A DNA stretch of 64,000 bases from Octopus sinensis (lineage: Eukaryota), in assembly GCF_006345805.1 (NCBI RefSeq), contig NC_043004.1, positions 58,280,001 to 58,344,000 of the forward strand, in the 5' to 3' direction. Positions 12,311-25,401 of the stretch are shown here, piece by piece. The position numbers were made by a program, and so were the translations under genes. The notes beneath the pieces are model-generated. The model made no database searches, was not told the DNA's origin, and worked only from the letters and a program-made list of their open reading frames with translations. Positions within the stretch are counted from its first letter, which is position 1. Each line of letters opens with the position of its first letter.

Positions 12311-13438
12311 CACAGGGTGCTGGGAATAAATTGTCATCTAAATTATGCAAAAATTAAAATAACACTGACATATCATTTTAACATATACATTTACCAAAAT
12401 TACACAAAAATATCTTGAAATACTAATAAGTAAATTCATTCAATAAAATCACCATTGGCTGCAACCACAGGCTCCACAAAACTTCAGAATCTCCTGCAAC
12501 TCCTCTGGACAGTTTTCTTGTTTAAGTAATCCTTGCCTTCAGTTCATCTTTGGTGTTACAAGGAGTTTTGTTGGTCTCTTGCTCAACTACACTCCACACA
12601 TAATAACCAACTGGCCTCGTGCCGGTGGCACGTAAAAAGCACCATCCGACCATGGCCGTTGCCAGCCTCGCCTGGCCCCGTGCCGATGGCACATAAAAAG
12701 CACCATCCGATCGTGGCCGTTTGCCAGACTCGTCTGGCACCTGTGCCGGTGGCATGTAAAAAGCACCCACTACACTCACGGAGTGGTTGGCGTTAGGAGG
12801 GGCATCCAGCCGTAGAAACATTGCCAGATCAAACTGGGCCTGGTGCAGCCTTCTGGCTTCCCAGACCCCAGTTGAACTGTCCAACCCATGCTAGCATGGA
12901 AAGCGGACGCTAAACGATGATGATGATGTTGCAGTCTGGGGACTTAGTTGGCCAGGTGTTAGAGGTGATATGATCACAGAAATTGTCTGACAGCCATGGC
13001 TGGGTTCTCCTGTTTGTGTGGCATGGAGCAGAGTCTTGTTGCCAGACATAGGGTCTTCCAGCAGCTACTCTCTTCACCCAGGGCAGCACTACCTCCTCCA
13101 GGCACTTGATGTAGGTCACCGTGTTGAGTCTAAGGCCATGTGGGAAGATGACTGCAGGCATGATGTTGCCATCACTAGTGATCATTCCAAAATCCATGAT
13201 GTTGACTGGATGTTTGATTTTTATCACTCTTGATACATGTCCTCAGATTGACCCTATGCCAAGCAGTACAGCATGTCATTTCCAAATTTCTGGCAGAGAA
13301 AATTGCATCAAGGTGTTTTTCTCACAGATGGTGCCCAACTAACTCTATTATGCTGTTTAGTCAACAAAATCAAAAACAAACAATGTACAAGCGCGAAATT
13401 AAAGATATAAAACGGCGACAATTTACCCATCGCACCCT
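12311..13438 (-). mobile_element. Internally deleted Tc1/mariner element, maT (DD37D)-like
   Basis: VWQQDSAPCHT...WPTKSPDCN | YYVWSVVEQETNKTPCNTKDELKARI split by a family E insertion; TIRs cagggtgctgggaataaattgtc and gacaatttacccatcgcaccct. The third catalytic D is lost at the insertion, so 37-aa spacing is inferred. Confidence 0.85.
12611..12927 (+). mobile_element. Family E retroposon (about 60-bp tandem units plus RTE-type tail)
   Basis: Repeated gtgccggtggcacgtaaaaagcacc units, tail ggcgttaggaggggcatccagcc...(GAT)n. Confidence 0.85.
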
Positions 13439-13550
13439 CAGAGTAACAGGTTTTGTTGAATTTTCTGCTGCTTTAAATAAAGCATATTACACTAACACTG
13501 GTATTTGAGTACTCTTTTTCCACCTTGTTTCACATTTATGTGTTTACTCC

Positions 13551-13553
<3 letters not shown>
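13437..13553 (+). repeat. Unclassified repeat X ending in (TA)n
   Basis: Same sequence at 30470-30586; truncates the mariner TIR. Confidence 0.8.
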
Positions 13554-13594
<41 letters not shown>

Positions 13595-13597
<3 letters not shown>

Positions 13598-13667
13598 ACG
13601 CTTTATGAAAATAAACAAAATACGAAGGCAGGTGGAATACAAACAAACGATTGTATTAGTATGGCGC
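13595..13667 (-). repeat. Unclassified repeat Y fragment ending in (TA)n
   Basis: Reverse complement loosely resembles 35645-35725; shares a (TA)n tract tail-to-tail with repeat X. Confidence 0.45.
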
Positions 13668-14517
13668 ATATGTACATGCAGCTAAGTATCTATGTGTGTG
13701 TGTGTATATATATATATATATACACACACACACATACATATACAAGTACATACATAGAAACATACACATTCATTTTTCAAATATAAGGTTTGCAAGCCTA
13801 ACTGCAAATCTTGATGGACCAAATCAGATATGCAATGTATGAGGGTGTCTTTTCAATGTTATCTGGTTTAAAAAACCTCATCAGATGGATCTTAGGTGTA
13901 AATGCATTAGATGGTCAAATTCTGTTTAAGGAGCAGACAACCACCATTATTATATATATATGAGAGAGAGAGAGAGAAAGAGAGAGATTTTAAATAAATA
14001 CATGAATGCATATATACTTACATGCACACATGCACACACTTACACATGCGTACATACATGTTATTGTATAGCCCCAGCCAGCCATAATCCAGCAAGACAG
14101 TAGCACATGGGTATTTGGTTTAGCAGCAACTGGATAGGATCCCCAAATCTTTTGCTCCAGACAAAGAAGGTATTCTCCAAGTTGAAAAGCACTGTACTAT
14201 CTTGCATGCAATAGTTTATTTTCTAGGATGCAGTGTGACAATCAACAAGTTGTTTCCTCCACAAACCAATCTGTTGTATTCCTATAGGTTCTGGTGACAG
14301 CAATGTTCTTTATAAAGATAGGAAAGAAGGATCCAGTCAAAAGACATCAATGATTCTTCTTTAAGCATATATCACTTGTGGGCATGCCACCATAGTGCTT
14401 GAGTTATAGAGGTTATTGCTGCTGCAGCTACTTTTCGTATACATGTTCTTTGTGTTGTCTGAAGTGACTAGGGTTGATGGTGTTTTGGGATGCTGTAAGA
14501 ATGTGTTATCTTTTGAA

Positions 14518-14749
14518 GGTGGCAAATTGGCAGAATTGTTAGCACGCCGGGTGAAATGCTTAGCGGTATTTTGTCTGTCGCTACATTCTGAGTTCAAATT
14601 CCGCCGAGGTCAACTTTGCCTTTCATCCTTTCGGGGTCGATGAATTAAGTACCAGTTAAGCACTGGGGTCAATATAATCGACTTAATCCGTTTGTGTGTC
14701 CTTGTTTGTCCTCTCTGTGTTTAGCCCCTTGTTGGTAGTAAAGAAATAG
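14518..14749 (+). mobile_element. SINE family D
   Basis: tggcagaattgttagc head, gagttcaaattcc B-box, ...agtaaagaaata tail; many relatives in window. Confidence 0.88.
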
Positions 14750-14836
14750 GTATTTCGTCTGTCGCTACGTTCTGAGTTCAAATTCCATTGAGGTCGACTT
14801 TGCCTTTCGTCCTTTCAGGGTCGATAAATTAATACC

Positions 14837-15064
14837 TATTTCTTTATTACTCACAAGGGGCTAAACACAGAGGGGACAAACAAGGACAGACATGGGTATA
14901 AAGTCGATTACATCGACCCCAGTGCGTAACTGGTACTTAATTTATCGACCCCGAAAGGATGAAAGGCAAAGTCGACCTCAACGGAATTCGAACTCACAAC
15001 GTAATGGCAGACGAAATACCGCTAAGCATTTCGCCTGGCGTGCTAACGTTTCTGCCAGCTCGCC
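14837..15064 (-). mobile_element. SINE family D inserted antisense into another D copy (14750-15177)
   Basis: TSD gataaat(t/g)aatacc at 14823-14836 and 15065-15078. Confidence 0.88.
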
Positions 15065-15610
15065 GATAAATGAATACCAGTTATGCACTGGGGTCGATGT
15101 AATCAACTTAACCCCATTGTCTGTCCTTGATTGTCTCCTCTATGTCTAGCCCCTTGTGGGTCTAAATAAGAAATAAGAATGTACTATGTTTTATCCTTTG
15201 CTTGTTTCAGTCACTGACTGTTGCCATACTGGGGCACCATCTCGAAGGGTTATATTTGAACAAGTCAAACCCAGTATTTATTTTCTTAAGTTTGATTCTT
15301 ATTCTATTGGTCTCTTTTGCTAAACCTCTTGCATGTGTGTGTGTGTGTGTCTGTGTGTGTGGAGGCACATGGCTTAGTGTTTGGGGCACTGTATTCATGA
15401 TTGTGGTTTTGATTCCTGGACTGAGCAATGCATTGTGTTCTTAAGCAAAACACTTTATTTAACATTGCTTCAGTCCACTCAGCAGGCACAACTGTGTAAT
15501 CCTTCAATGAATGAGCATCCTTTCCAGTGGGTGAAGAATTGGTACACATAGAATTTGGGAAACCAGCCATATGAGCCTAAGGCTTTGGAAGGACCTTTGA
15601 CCCTTGTTAC

Positions 15611-15651
<41 letters not shown>

Positions 15652-15681
15652 CATGTATTTATATAAATACACACACACACA

Positions 15682-15765
<84 letters not shown>

Positions 15766-16695
15766 ATGAATAGGTTTATCGATTCTTTTTCTTCATGTCA
15801 TAAACTCTAGTGAAAAATACACAAATTTTACGTTGCAGAAAATATGTATATATATTTATGAAATCAACTATTTACATGGTCAACCGGTTTCACTTGTGCT
15901 TAGAAGTTTGTGATAATCTTATGATTTCATGCTATCATATGAAATCTTCATTCCATGTTAGTAGAAGGAAGGCTATTTTGCAAATGAATCAAGAGGGAAA
16001 TAAATTTTAGGGGAGGTAATCAGTGATTGTTATTATTAGAAGCAGGGGATTTGAATGGGTTAATGGAATTTGCATAACTGGACGTTTCCCACCAGAATGT
16101 TTTTCTTCTGAAGATGGGCTTTTGTGCCTGAAATATAAACGTTTTGTAAAACTTACCACATTGTCAGATGCTTTCTATTTTCTCTCCTTTCTTTCCCTTC
16201 TTTGATATTACAATGCTTCAAGCGAACTATAACTCTCTTATACACACATACACACACACAAAGTGTCTGAAAAGTTTCTATCTGCTAAATTCATCACAAG
16301 TCAGGAATATATTACACGACACTTGCTTAAAGTGCCAGATGGTAGCATTTAGTTGGATGATATATTATGTCTATCAAGTAGGTTATGGTAGTATTTGAAC
16401 TCAGAACACTAAGAGCTGGGACAAATGCATCCAATCTGATATTCTTACAGTTCTTGCAATCTACCAACATGAATTGCTACTTTTTTGTCAATCTCAAAAG
16501 ATGAAAGGTAAAGTTGACCTTACTGGAAGTTGAACTCAGATGACAGACAATATGAGCAAATATTAGAGAGCATATTAACCAATTCTCTAACGAGTTTTCT
16601 ATTCCACCCTTTTATGTTTAAGAGTGATCTATCTTATCATGGAATGCAGATTTTAAATTGCTGAAACAAGAAACTGACCTTCCTACATGGTTAGT

Positions 16696-17089
16696 CTCTC
16701 TTTTACTCTTTTACATGTTTCAGTCATTTGACTGTGGCCATGCTGGAGCACCACCTTTTAGTCAAGCAAATCGACCCCGGGACTTATTCTTTGTAAGCCC
16801 AGTACTTATTCTATCGGTCTCTTTTGCCGAACCGCTAAGTGACGGGGATGTAAACACACCAGCATCGGTTGTCAAGCAATGCTAGGGAGACAAACACACA
16901 CACACAAACATACATGCACATACATATATATACGGCAGGCTTCTTTCAGTTTCCGTCTACCAAATCCACTCACAAGGCATTGGTCGGCCCAGGGCTATAG
17001 CAGAAGACACTTGCCCAAGGTGCCATGCAGTGGGACTGAACCCAGAATCATGTGGTTGGTTAGCAAGCTACTTACCACACAGCCACTCC
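16696..17089 (-). mobile_element. SINE family A
   Basis: Full-length reverse-complement copy. Confidence 0.92.
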
Positions 17090-17414
17090 ATTCTGACTAT
17101 TTTGATTATGCCGTGAATGAGGTCTGTGTCAGAGGTCTATGAAGCCTTAGCTACACAAAGTATGCTACTGTATGTTTTTGCTGTGGTGAATTTGGTGGAG
17201 AGTTTATAGGAATTTTGAGTGTGTATATAAAAATGTGATGGATTTATGAGATGTTCCTTTTGGTTAAGCTTTAGATTTACATTTGCTACTCACTTTCCAG
17301 ATTTAGGGAATTTCACTATGTTGCATGAGTAGATGTTTAGTCCTAGTTCTGCTACTCTAAGAAGACCTATAATCTTCTTGTTCCAGCTCTGATTAGTCCC
17401 CTGCTTTTTTTTTT

Positions 17415-17642
17415 CTACTCTTACTCTCTTTTACTTGTTTCAGTCATTTGACTGCGGCCATGCTGGAGCACCGCCTTTAATCGAGCAACTCAACCCCGGA
17501 ACTTATTCTTTTTTGTAAGCCCGGTACTTATTCTATCGGTCTCTTTTGCCGAACCGCTAAGTAACGGGGACATAAACACACCAGCGTCGGTTGCCAAGCA
17601 ATGCTAGGGGGACAAATACACACACACAAACACACACATGCA

Positions 17643-17684
<42 letters not shown>

Positions 17685-17843
17685 TACGACGGGCTTCTTT
17701 CAGTTTCTGTCTACCAAATCCACTCACAAGGCTTTGGTCAGGCCGAGGCTATAGTAGAAAACACTTTCCCAAGGTGCCACACAGTGGGACTGAACCGGGA
17801 ACCATGTGGTTGGTAAACAAGCTACTTACCACACAGCCACTCC
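17415..17843 (-). mobile_element. SINE family A
   Basis: Full-length reverse-complement copy. Confidence 0.92.
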
Positions 17844-18640
17844 TTGACTGGTTTTATTGAAGATGGCTTCATCATTTGTACACTACTGTTGTTATTCTGT
17901 TATTATTTCATTGTTGTAGGGAGGAGAGCTGGCATAAAATTTTTAAAGCCTCAAAAAAATATGCTTTGTTATATTTCTTCTAACTTATTACATTCTGAGT
18001 TCAAATCCTGCTGAGGTTGACTTTGTCTTTCATCCTTTCTGGGTCAGCAATCGAAATATTAGTCAAGCACTGGGGCTGATGTATTTTACTTCTTCCCACT
18101 CCTCAAAACTGCTGGCCTTGTACTAAAATTAGAGAGAAATATTTGTTTGTAATGTTTTTTTTGTCTGGTTTGTGTATGGTAATAGATATTATACTGAAAT
18201 TAATTCTGTGTATCTGCTAAGTCTGTATCAGCAAGTGTAGTGCTTTTAAATATCCTTTGATGCTGCTATAAAGATCTATTAGTTTAAAAGTTTGTTTGGT
18301 GTCAGGATTTTAGATGGTTGATTTAAAATCAGAGTTACTGTGACTCCAAGTAATGTCAGGTACCCCTAACTGTGATGTTATATGAGATGATAAATGAGAT
18401 TGCGTGCATGCACTATTAGGGCATAAGAATGTTGTTAAAAAGAGTGGGTGTGAGGACTGATATTTTTGATACATAGTCTGGGAAGTCACAGATCCTAAAT
18501 TTGTACTCTATGTATATTTGGTGACCTATAAGATAGTTTCTTAAGGTTTCTAATATTTTTTTATGTATGAAATACATCAAAATGTTTGCTAATATCATCG
18601 GAGTTAAAATGATATTCTCTTTTCTATGTAAAGTTTGTAG

Positions 18641-18718
18641 ATAATGTTGTCATTGAGAGTGGAGATCTGAATTCATATAAGATGGAAAAAGCAACCTATG
18701 GGTTTCTGACGTTAAAGA
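18641..18718 (+). CDS. Candidate plus-strand exon (NVVIESGDLNSYKMEKATYGFLTLK)
   Basis: gtttgtag|AT ... A|gtaaat; 78 nt, open, phase 1 to 1. Confidence 0.35.
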
Positions 18719-19610
18719 GTAAATGTTTTTAGGATGTCTTATTGTACATATAAAGAGTGCATTGTTTTACATAGGTTGCTTGATATTAAGTTTTAAAATT
18801 GTATTTATTGCCATTTTCAAGAATCTGTAGTTTAATACAAGATTTGTCTCAAGTATCAGTAATCAAAGACCTGTAATTAAAGACAAATAATTCTAGCCAT
18901 GACTATCCTATCTGTATAATTTTATTTTTTGTGCATGTCTAACATTATGCACCTGGGAATACATTATCCAGTTTGTCCTTGCCTTTTTTTTAAAAGATAG
19001 TAAAATGTGATTTGAGTGAGATTTAGCTAGTATCTCTAACTGACCAAGCAACCATGTAGAGTCTTCTTCATTAACTATAACTGAAGTTATTAACCACTGC
19101 AATAACTCTTTCCAGACTTAGCTGTTTCCGGTGCACATTTATAATTTTGTCAAATCCTAAACACTTTTTTAAAAAATATTTTGGAGTTGTTTTATTACTT
19201 TTGTATTTATATCGAATGGAAAGAGAGGATCAAGATCATAGTTCAGATCAAAGTCGTGCATTTACCTTTATATGCTTTTGCTCTGTTTTTTTTTTGGGGG
19301 GGGGGTAACCGATTTTGAAAAAAAAGTATTTGGTAATGTAGATTGCTTACTGCTGGAATCTGGTTTTGTTACCTGACATTGTCATTGTGACATGTAATGC
19401 AATGCTGCAGTTAGAGTTATAGATGCTGTTAATTACAATGTATAATATTTTACCATTTATTTTACAACTCCTGTTGGATACAAACCTTTGCCAGTATTAT
19501 TATTATTATTATTATTTTTTTTTTTTTTGTTATTTCTTTGTTTGGTTTCATACTGTTGAGTTATATTTTTTTTATTATATATGGCATTGGCACTTAGCTT
19601 CTTTTAACAG

Positions 19611-19664
19611 GTTCGGTGCTTTATTGTGCAATTCTGGAAGTTGGTGAAATTGGTTCTGCACCAA
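19611..19664 (+). CDS. Candidate plus-strand exon (SVLYCAILEVGEIGSAP)
   Basis: cttcttttaacag|GT ... A|gtattt; 54 nt, phase 1 to 1. Confidence 0.35.
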
Positions 19665-19900
19665 GTATTTTCTGGATGTTATATAATTACATTTTTTCTT
19701 TTGCATGCATGCACCACTGCAATATTGCAGTATTTTGGTGATGGTCATGTTATTGAACTTTATCTTTCTTGAGTTCAGAACACCCATCTCACTCATTTCA
19801 CACTTCTCACCTTTCTCACCCAGCACCGCTCAAGAAAACCCAAATTGGGGGTTTTAAGCTTTCTTGAAATTTATGGAAGTGCTTTAGTTTTGTTTATTAA

Positions 19901-20120
19901 CCCTTTTGTTACCAACCCGGCTGAAACCTGCTCTGGCCTGTAGTACAAATGTCTTGTTTCCATAAGTTTTAAATTAAAATCTTCCACCAAACCTTAGTCA
20001 CATTTTATGTTCCTAACACTAGCCTAATGATAACTAAGTTATTTTACTAAATTCTTTGTTATATTTAAAGTAACTGAAAGAAACACAGAACATCTCAAAA
20101 TAAATACAGTAATGAAAGGG
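19901..20120. mobile_element. piggyBac-type MITE (220 bp)
   Basis: TTAA|CCCTTT...AAAGGG|TTAA; second copy at 24038. Confidence 0.85.
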
Positions 20121-20159
20121 TTAATGTGAAAGTATGTTGTGGTGGTCGTAGTGCTGCTG

Positions 20160-20178
20160 TTAATGATGTTGATGATGG

Positions 20179-20227
<49 letters not shown>

Positions 20228-20232
20228 GGTGG
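20160..20232. repeat. (GAT)n/(GGT)n microsatellite
   Basis: Direct inspection. Confidence 0.9.
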
Positions 20233-20725
20233 TTGGAGAAATTGAAGAACTGTTTGTGAAATGGTTGTGGCAGCAAGTGATGAACTACAAAAAGTGATTT
20301 CTAGCAAAGAAAAGTTGTTATGGTTAGCTTGTAGAGCTATGTAGGTGTGTTTGCGTGAATTGTTGTAGAATATAAAGCTGTTTTAATTCTGATACTTTTG
20401 TCTCCTCAGGTGTTTTCTGTTTTGCTTGTTCTCATTGACATCTACTCCAATGATTAGTGCTTTAGAAGTGTGTGAATCCTCAGGGGACAGCCCAGATTGG
20501 TAGTGTATGGGTTAGTGGTTAGAGATATTTGGCTCACAATCGTAAGGTTATGAGGTCTATTCCTGGTGGCATGTTGTTCCCTTGGGCAAAGCATTTTATT
20601 TCCCATTGCCCCAGTTCATTCATCTGGCAAAAATGAATTGTACCTGTAATTTAAATGGTCTGCCTCATCATATTCTATCTGATACTGAATCTCCCAGTGA
20701 ACTACATTAAGGGTACATATGTCCC

Positions 20726-21360
20726 TTTTACTCTTTTACTTGTTTCAGTCATTTGACTGCGGCCATGCTGGAGCACCGCCTTTAATCGAGCAACTCGACC
20801 CCGGGACTTATTCTTTTGTAAGCCCAGTACTTATTCTATCGGTCTCTTTTGTCGAACTGCTAAGTAACGGGGACATAGACACACCAGCGTCGGTTGTCAA
20901 GCAATGCTAGGGGGACAAACACACAAACACACACACGCATATATATATATATATCATCATCATCATCATCATCATTTAACGTCCGCTTTCCATGCTAGCA
21001 TGGGTTGGACGGTTCAACTGGGGTCTGGGGAGCCCGAAGGCTGCACCAGGCCAGTCAGATCTGGCAGTGTTTCTACAGCTGGATGCCCTTCCTAACACCA
21101 ACCACTCCGAGAGTGTAGTGGGTGATTTTATGTGCCACCGACACAGGTGCCAGACGAGGCTGGCGAACGACGAGGCTGGCGAATATATACATATATACGA
21201 CGGGCTTCTTTCAGTTTCCGTCCACCAAATCCACTCACAAGGCTTTGGTCAGCCCGAGGCTATAGTAGAAGACACTTGCCCAAGGTGCCACACAGTGGGA
21301 CTGAACCCGGAACTGTGTGGTTGGTAAACAAGCTACTTACCACACAGCCACTCCTGCGCC
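20726..21360 (-). mobile_element. SINE family A with nested family E element (20954-21183)
   Basis: Both halves of A flank a (CAT)n-tailed E copy lying in the internal TA tract. Confidence 0.9.
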
Positions 21361-21420
21361 TATGTCTGTGGAGTGTTCAGCCACTTTCACATTAATTTCA
21401 CAAGTAGACTGTTCCATTAC

Positions 21421-21827
21421 TTTCTTTACTCTCTCTCTTTTACTTGTTTCAGTCATTTGACTGTGGCCATGCTGGAGCACCACCTTTAGTTGAGCAAATC
21501 GACCACAGGACTTATTCTTTGTAAGCCTAGTACTTAATCTATCAGTGTCTTTTGCTGAACCACTAAGTTACAGGAATGTAAACACACCAGCATCAGTTGT
21601 CAAGTGATGTTGGGGGGACAAACACAGACACACAAACATATACACACATATATATATACACATATATACGACGGGCTTCTTTCAGTTTCCATCAACCAAA
21701 TCTACCCACAAAGCTTTGGTCAGCCCGAGGCTATAGTAGAAAACACTTGCCCAAGGTGCCACACAGTGGGACTGAACCCAGAACCATGTGATTTGTAAGC
21801 AAGCTACTTACCACACAGCCACTCCTG
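21421..21827 (-). mobile_element. SINE family A
   Basis: Full-length copy. Confidence 0.9.
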
Positions 21828-22247
21828 CTGGAACATTTATCATTGTAACCAAGGAGTGCAAATCATTTATTAAGAACTACATTATCGAATGTGACCTTTC
21901 TTTTTTGAGACAGTTGGTATGTGATTCAAAGAGATTTGGCTGCTGTTTCTGGCAGATCAAATGACTATACAGAGACTCCTCCTTTATCTCACCAGGGGAG
22001 ACAGTTGGTGGTTGTTGTGACATCTCTCTTTTATCTTTTAAGTGTTCCAGTTATTGGAGTATGGCCATGCTAGGGCACCACATTGACAGGTTCAATTGAA
22101 CAAATCAACCCAGAAATTTGTGCTTTTTTAAGTTTGGTACTTATTTTGTTGGTCTCCTTTTGCCAGACAACTACATTATAGGGACATAAACAAACAAACA
22201 CTGGTTCTCAAGAAGTGATGAGGAACAAACACAAATACAAAGATTTG

Positions 22248-22286
<39 letters not shown>

Positions 22287-22303
22287 ATATATACCCTCCC
22301 ATA

Positions 22304-22705
22304 TACTCTCTCTTTTACTCTTTTACTTGCTTCAGTCATTTGACTGCGGCCATGCTGGAGCACCGCCTTTAATCGAGCAACTCGATCCCAGGACTTATTC
22401 TTTTTGTAAGCCCAGTACTTATTCTATCGTACTCTTTTGCCGAACTGCTAAGTTACGGGGACATAAACACACCAGCATCGGTTGTCAGGCAATGCTAGAG
22501 GGACAAACACAGACACACAAATACACACACACACATATATATACATATATACGATGGGCTTCTTTCAGTTTCTGTCTACCAAATCCACTCACAAGGCATT
22601 GGTTGGCCTGGGGCTATAGCAGAAGACACTTGCCCAAGATGCCACGCAGTGGGACTGAACCCAGAATCATGTGGTTGGTTAGCAAGCTACTTACCACACA
22701 GCCAC
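22304..22705 (-). mobile_element. SINE family A
   Basis: Near full-length copy; a diverged 3' fragment precedes it at about 22050-22230. Confidence 0.9.
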
Positions 22706-23149
22706 TAGAGAGAAACAAATCAGTGTATATATTCAATCAATCCATTTGAAATTCTCCACAGTATACAATATACATAGATGCATTTACATCTATGAGATAT
22801 GATAAAATTTATAAGAATGTATAAACACATATACATACAAAGATTTATAAATATATAAAAATTCATATTTTGGTCTTGAACCAAAATTTGAAATCTTAAT
22901 TGATATCTGGAGTGCATCAATATCATTGTATTTTGTGTGTGAAAGTTTGGCTTTAGAGCATTGGTTGTTTTTATTTGTTTCATTGCTGTTTTGTATCCAT
23001 GGTTTGTTGACAAACCTGGAGACCTTAATCTGAAAATAAGGAAGTACTTCAGAGGAAAGGGTATCATATTTTAGTTACCAAGGAAGGCTGAAATGAGTGT
23101 TTCATATATTGTTTTGGGATGGGTACATGATTGGTTATTGTCTTTTAAA

Positions 23150-23575
23150 TACTCTCTCTTTCTCTCTCTTTTACTTGTTTCAGTCATTTGACTGCGCCAT
23201 GCTGGAGCACCACCTTTTAGTCGAGCAAATCGACCCCGGGACTTATTCTTTGTAAGTCCAGTACTTATTCTATCGGTCTCTTTTGCCGAACTGCTAAGTG
23301 ATGGGGACTTAAACACACTAGCATCGGTTGTCAAGCAATGCTAGGGGACAAACACAGACACACAAACATACACACAAACACATACACACACATATATATA
23401 TACATATATATATGACAGGCTTCTTTCAGTTTCCGTCTACCAAATCCACTCACAAGGCAATGGTCGGCCTGGGGCTATAGCAGAATGCACTTGCCCAAGA
23501 TGTCACGCAGTGGGACTGAACCCAGAACCATGTGGTTGGTAAGCAAGCTACTTACCACACAGCCACTCCTGTGCC
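23150..23575 (-). mobile_element. SINE family A
   Basis: Full-length copy. Confidence 0.9.
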
Positions 23576-23690
23576 AAAATGTTCATTTTGCTTTTTATTC
23601 TATACAGAGTTTTTAAATTCAAAATTTTGCAAGCTTGGTATTGAACTGGTTTGACAATGCCAGCTTAATTTCTGTCATTTCTGCTAACAG

Positions 23691-23753
23691 AATTAAATTC
23701 TGAAAGTATGGAATATCTTGTGGGAGTTTTGGTTACTATTTGTAGGAAGTTAA
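23691..23753 (+). CDS. Candidate plus-strand exon (LNSESMEYLVGVLVTICRKL)
   Basis: tttctgtcatttctgctaacag|AA ... A|gtaaca; 63 nt, phase 1 to 1. Confidence 0.35.
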
Positions 23754-24037
23754 GTAACAACATATAGGTGTCACTCTTGGCCATTTAATTATATATATTT
23801 TCCATAGAAGTTATCATCATCATCATCATCATCATCATCATTTTGTAATGACCTTTATGCTGACATAAGTTGGATAAGTTATTGTTGCTCTCTCAGATAA
23901 CCAGGGAGACCAAATTTCATTCGTAAGTTTCTAATACTGGATGCCCTTCCTATCATCAGAAATATTACAAATTGCACTGGCTGTATTTTATAGTAGTGCT
24001 AACACTAGAGAACTTGTTATTTCAAGAATATGATTAA

Positions 24038-24556
24038 CCCTTTTGTTACCAACCCGGCTGAAACCGGCTCTGGCTCTGAGTACAAATGCCTTGTTTTCAT
24101 AAGTTCTGAATTAAAATCTTCCACCAAACCTTAGTCACAATTTATGTTCCTAATACTAGCTGAATGGTAACTAAGTTATTTTACTAAATTCTTTGTTATG
24201 TAGCATAAACACAGAACATAAGAAAACAGCACAGCTCCCATGACTTCAGGAAACATTTTTTCACGCTTAGAGTTGCTGAAGCATGGAACAAACTGCCAGC
24301 ATCAGTTGTTAGTTGTCGGAGCACTGCATCCTTCAAAACTTCCATGCTTCCTGAGATTCGCCAACACTACACTTGATTTTCTCCCCTCCATACACACACA
24401 AACATGTATCTGACTCATACATTGTTCGCTTTCCAGACATTTGTACATTACTGCATGTACTTTATATGCACTTTCTGACAAGTTGTGGTGCACCTGAGCA
24501 CTGTATACAATAATTTCATTATTATATATATTATTATAAATACAGTAATGAAAGGG
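24038..24556. mobile_element. piggyBac-type MITE carrying a CR1 LINE insertion
   Basis: Same sequence and TTAA/CCCTTT ends as 19901-20120, with about 320 bp extra. Confidence 0.85.
24220..24537 (+). mobile_element. CR1-group LINE 3' end
   Basis: RKQHSSHDFRKHFFTLRVAEAWNKLPASVVSCRSTASFK...TGA(24374), 3'UTR and ATT-rich tail. Confidence 0.88.
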
Positions 24557-25401
24557 TTAAAGGGTTCTTATATCCTTAGCAGAATGAACTCAGTCATTTT
24601 ACTGTGATACCAGCACTAGAGATAAAAAGCAGAGAGAAAGAGAGAGAGGTGGATAAATAGTGAGTGAATGATGAGCTGTTGATTACTAAATGGTTAAGAG
24701 TGGGGTTATAGGTTGAATGTATGAGGTATATGAAGGTCTGATAAGCTGCCTTAAGTATATACCTTAAGATAGTGAGAAAGGTAAGATGAGAGAGAGAAAG
24801 AGAGAGCAATGAAGAATTAAAGAGAAATATATGTGTGTGTATACTATGTTTGAATGTGTATGTGCTTTTGTATGTCTGTATGTATTCATTCCTCCTCTCA
24901 TCCATAGTCCTGAAGTAAGACTCCTTTTGGATAGATACTCTACTTTCCACAGCAATTTTGCTATACACTTTCTGCCTTTCCAAATAACAGAAATCTTGCC
25001 CGTGCAGCTCACCACCAGCATCAGTTGAGTTACAATTTTCTCTTCAAGTCTCTATCTAAACAATTTTTCAGTAAAAGGAAACAATTTACTGTACTGAGAG
25101 ATATGTCGATTCTTAGAGAACTTTGGTCATTAATGATGAAAATGATTCTAATTTTTCAATATTAGCTAAAGTTTTGGATTACTTCTTCAAAATCTATAGA
25201 AAGAATATGACACAATAAAGAGCATTGATTACTATAAGTGATATGTAACAAGAGCAAATTAGTTTCATTATTGTTCTTCTAATAAAACATGTGATATGAT
25301 ACATGATTTCTACCAAGATTTTTATGAAGTCCTTACAGTTCACTTTCATGGTTATTTTGCTTGTTAATGGTAAATATTGTTGAGATTATTTTTGACTACA
25401 G

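Noticed and set aside
20410-20499. Signal-peptide-like exon CFLFCLFSLTSTPMISALEVCESSGDSPD
   Set aside because: The donor is weak (gtagtg), the hydrophobic part may be a pyrimidine tract, and the phase does not chain cleanly with neighbours.
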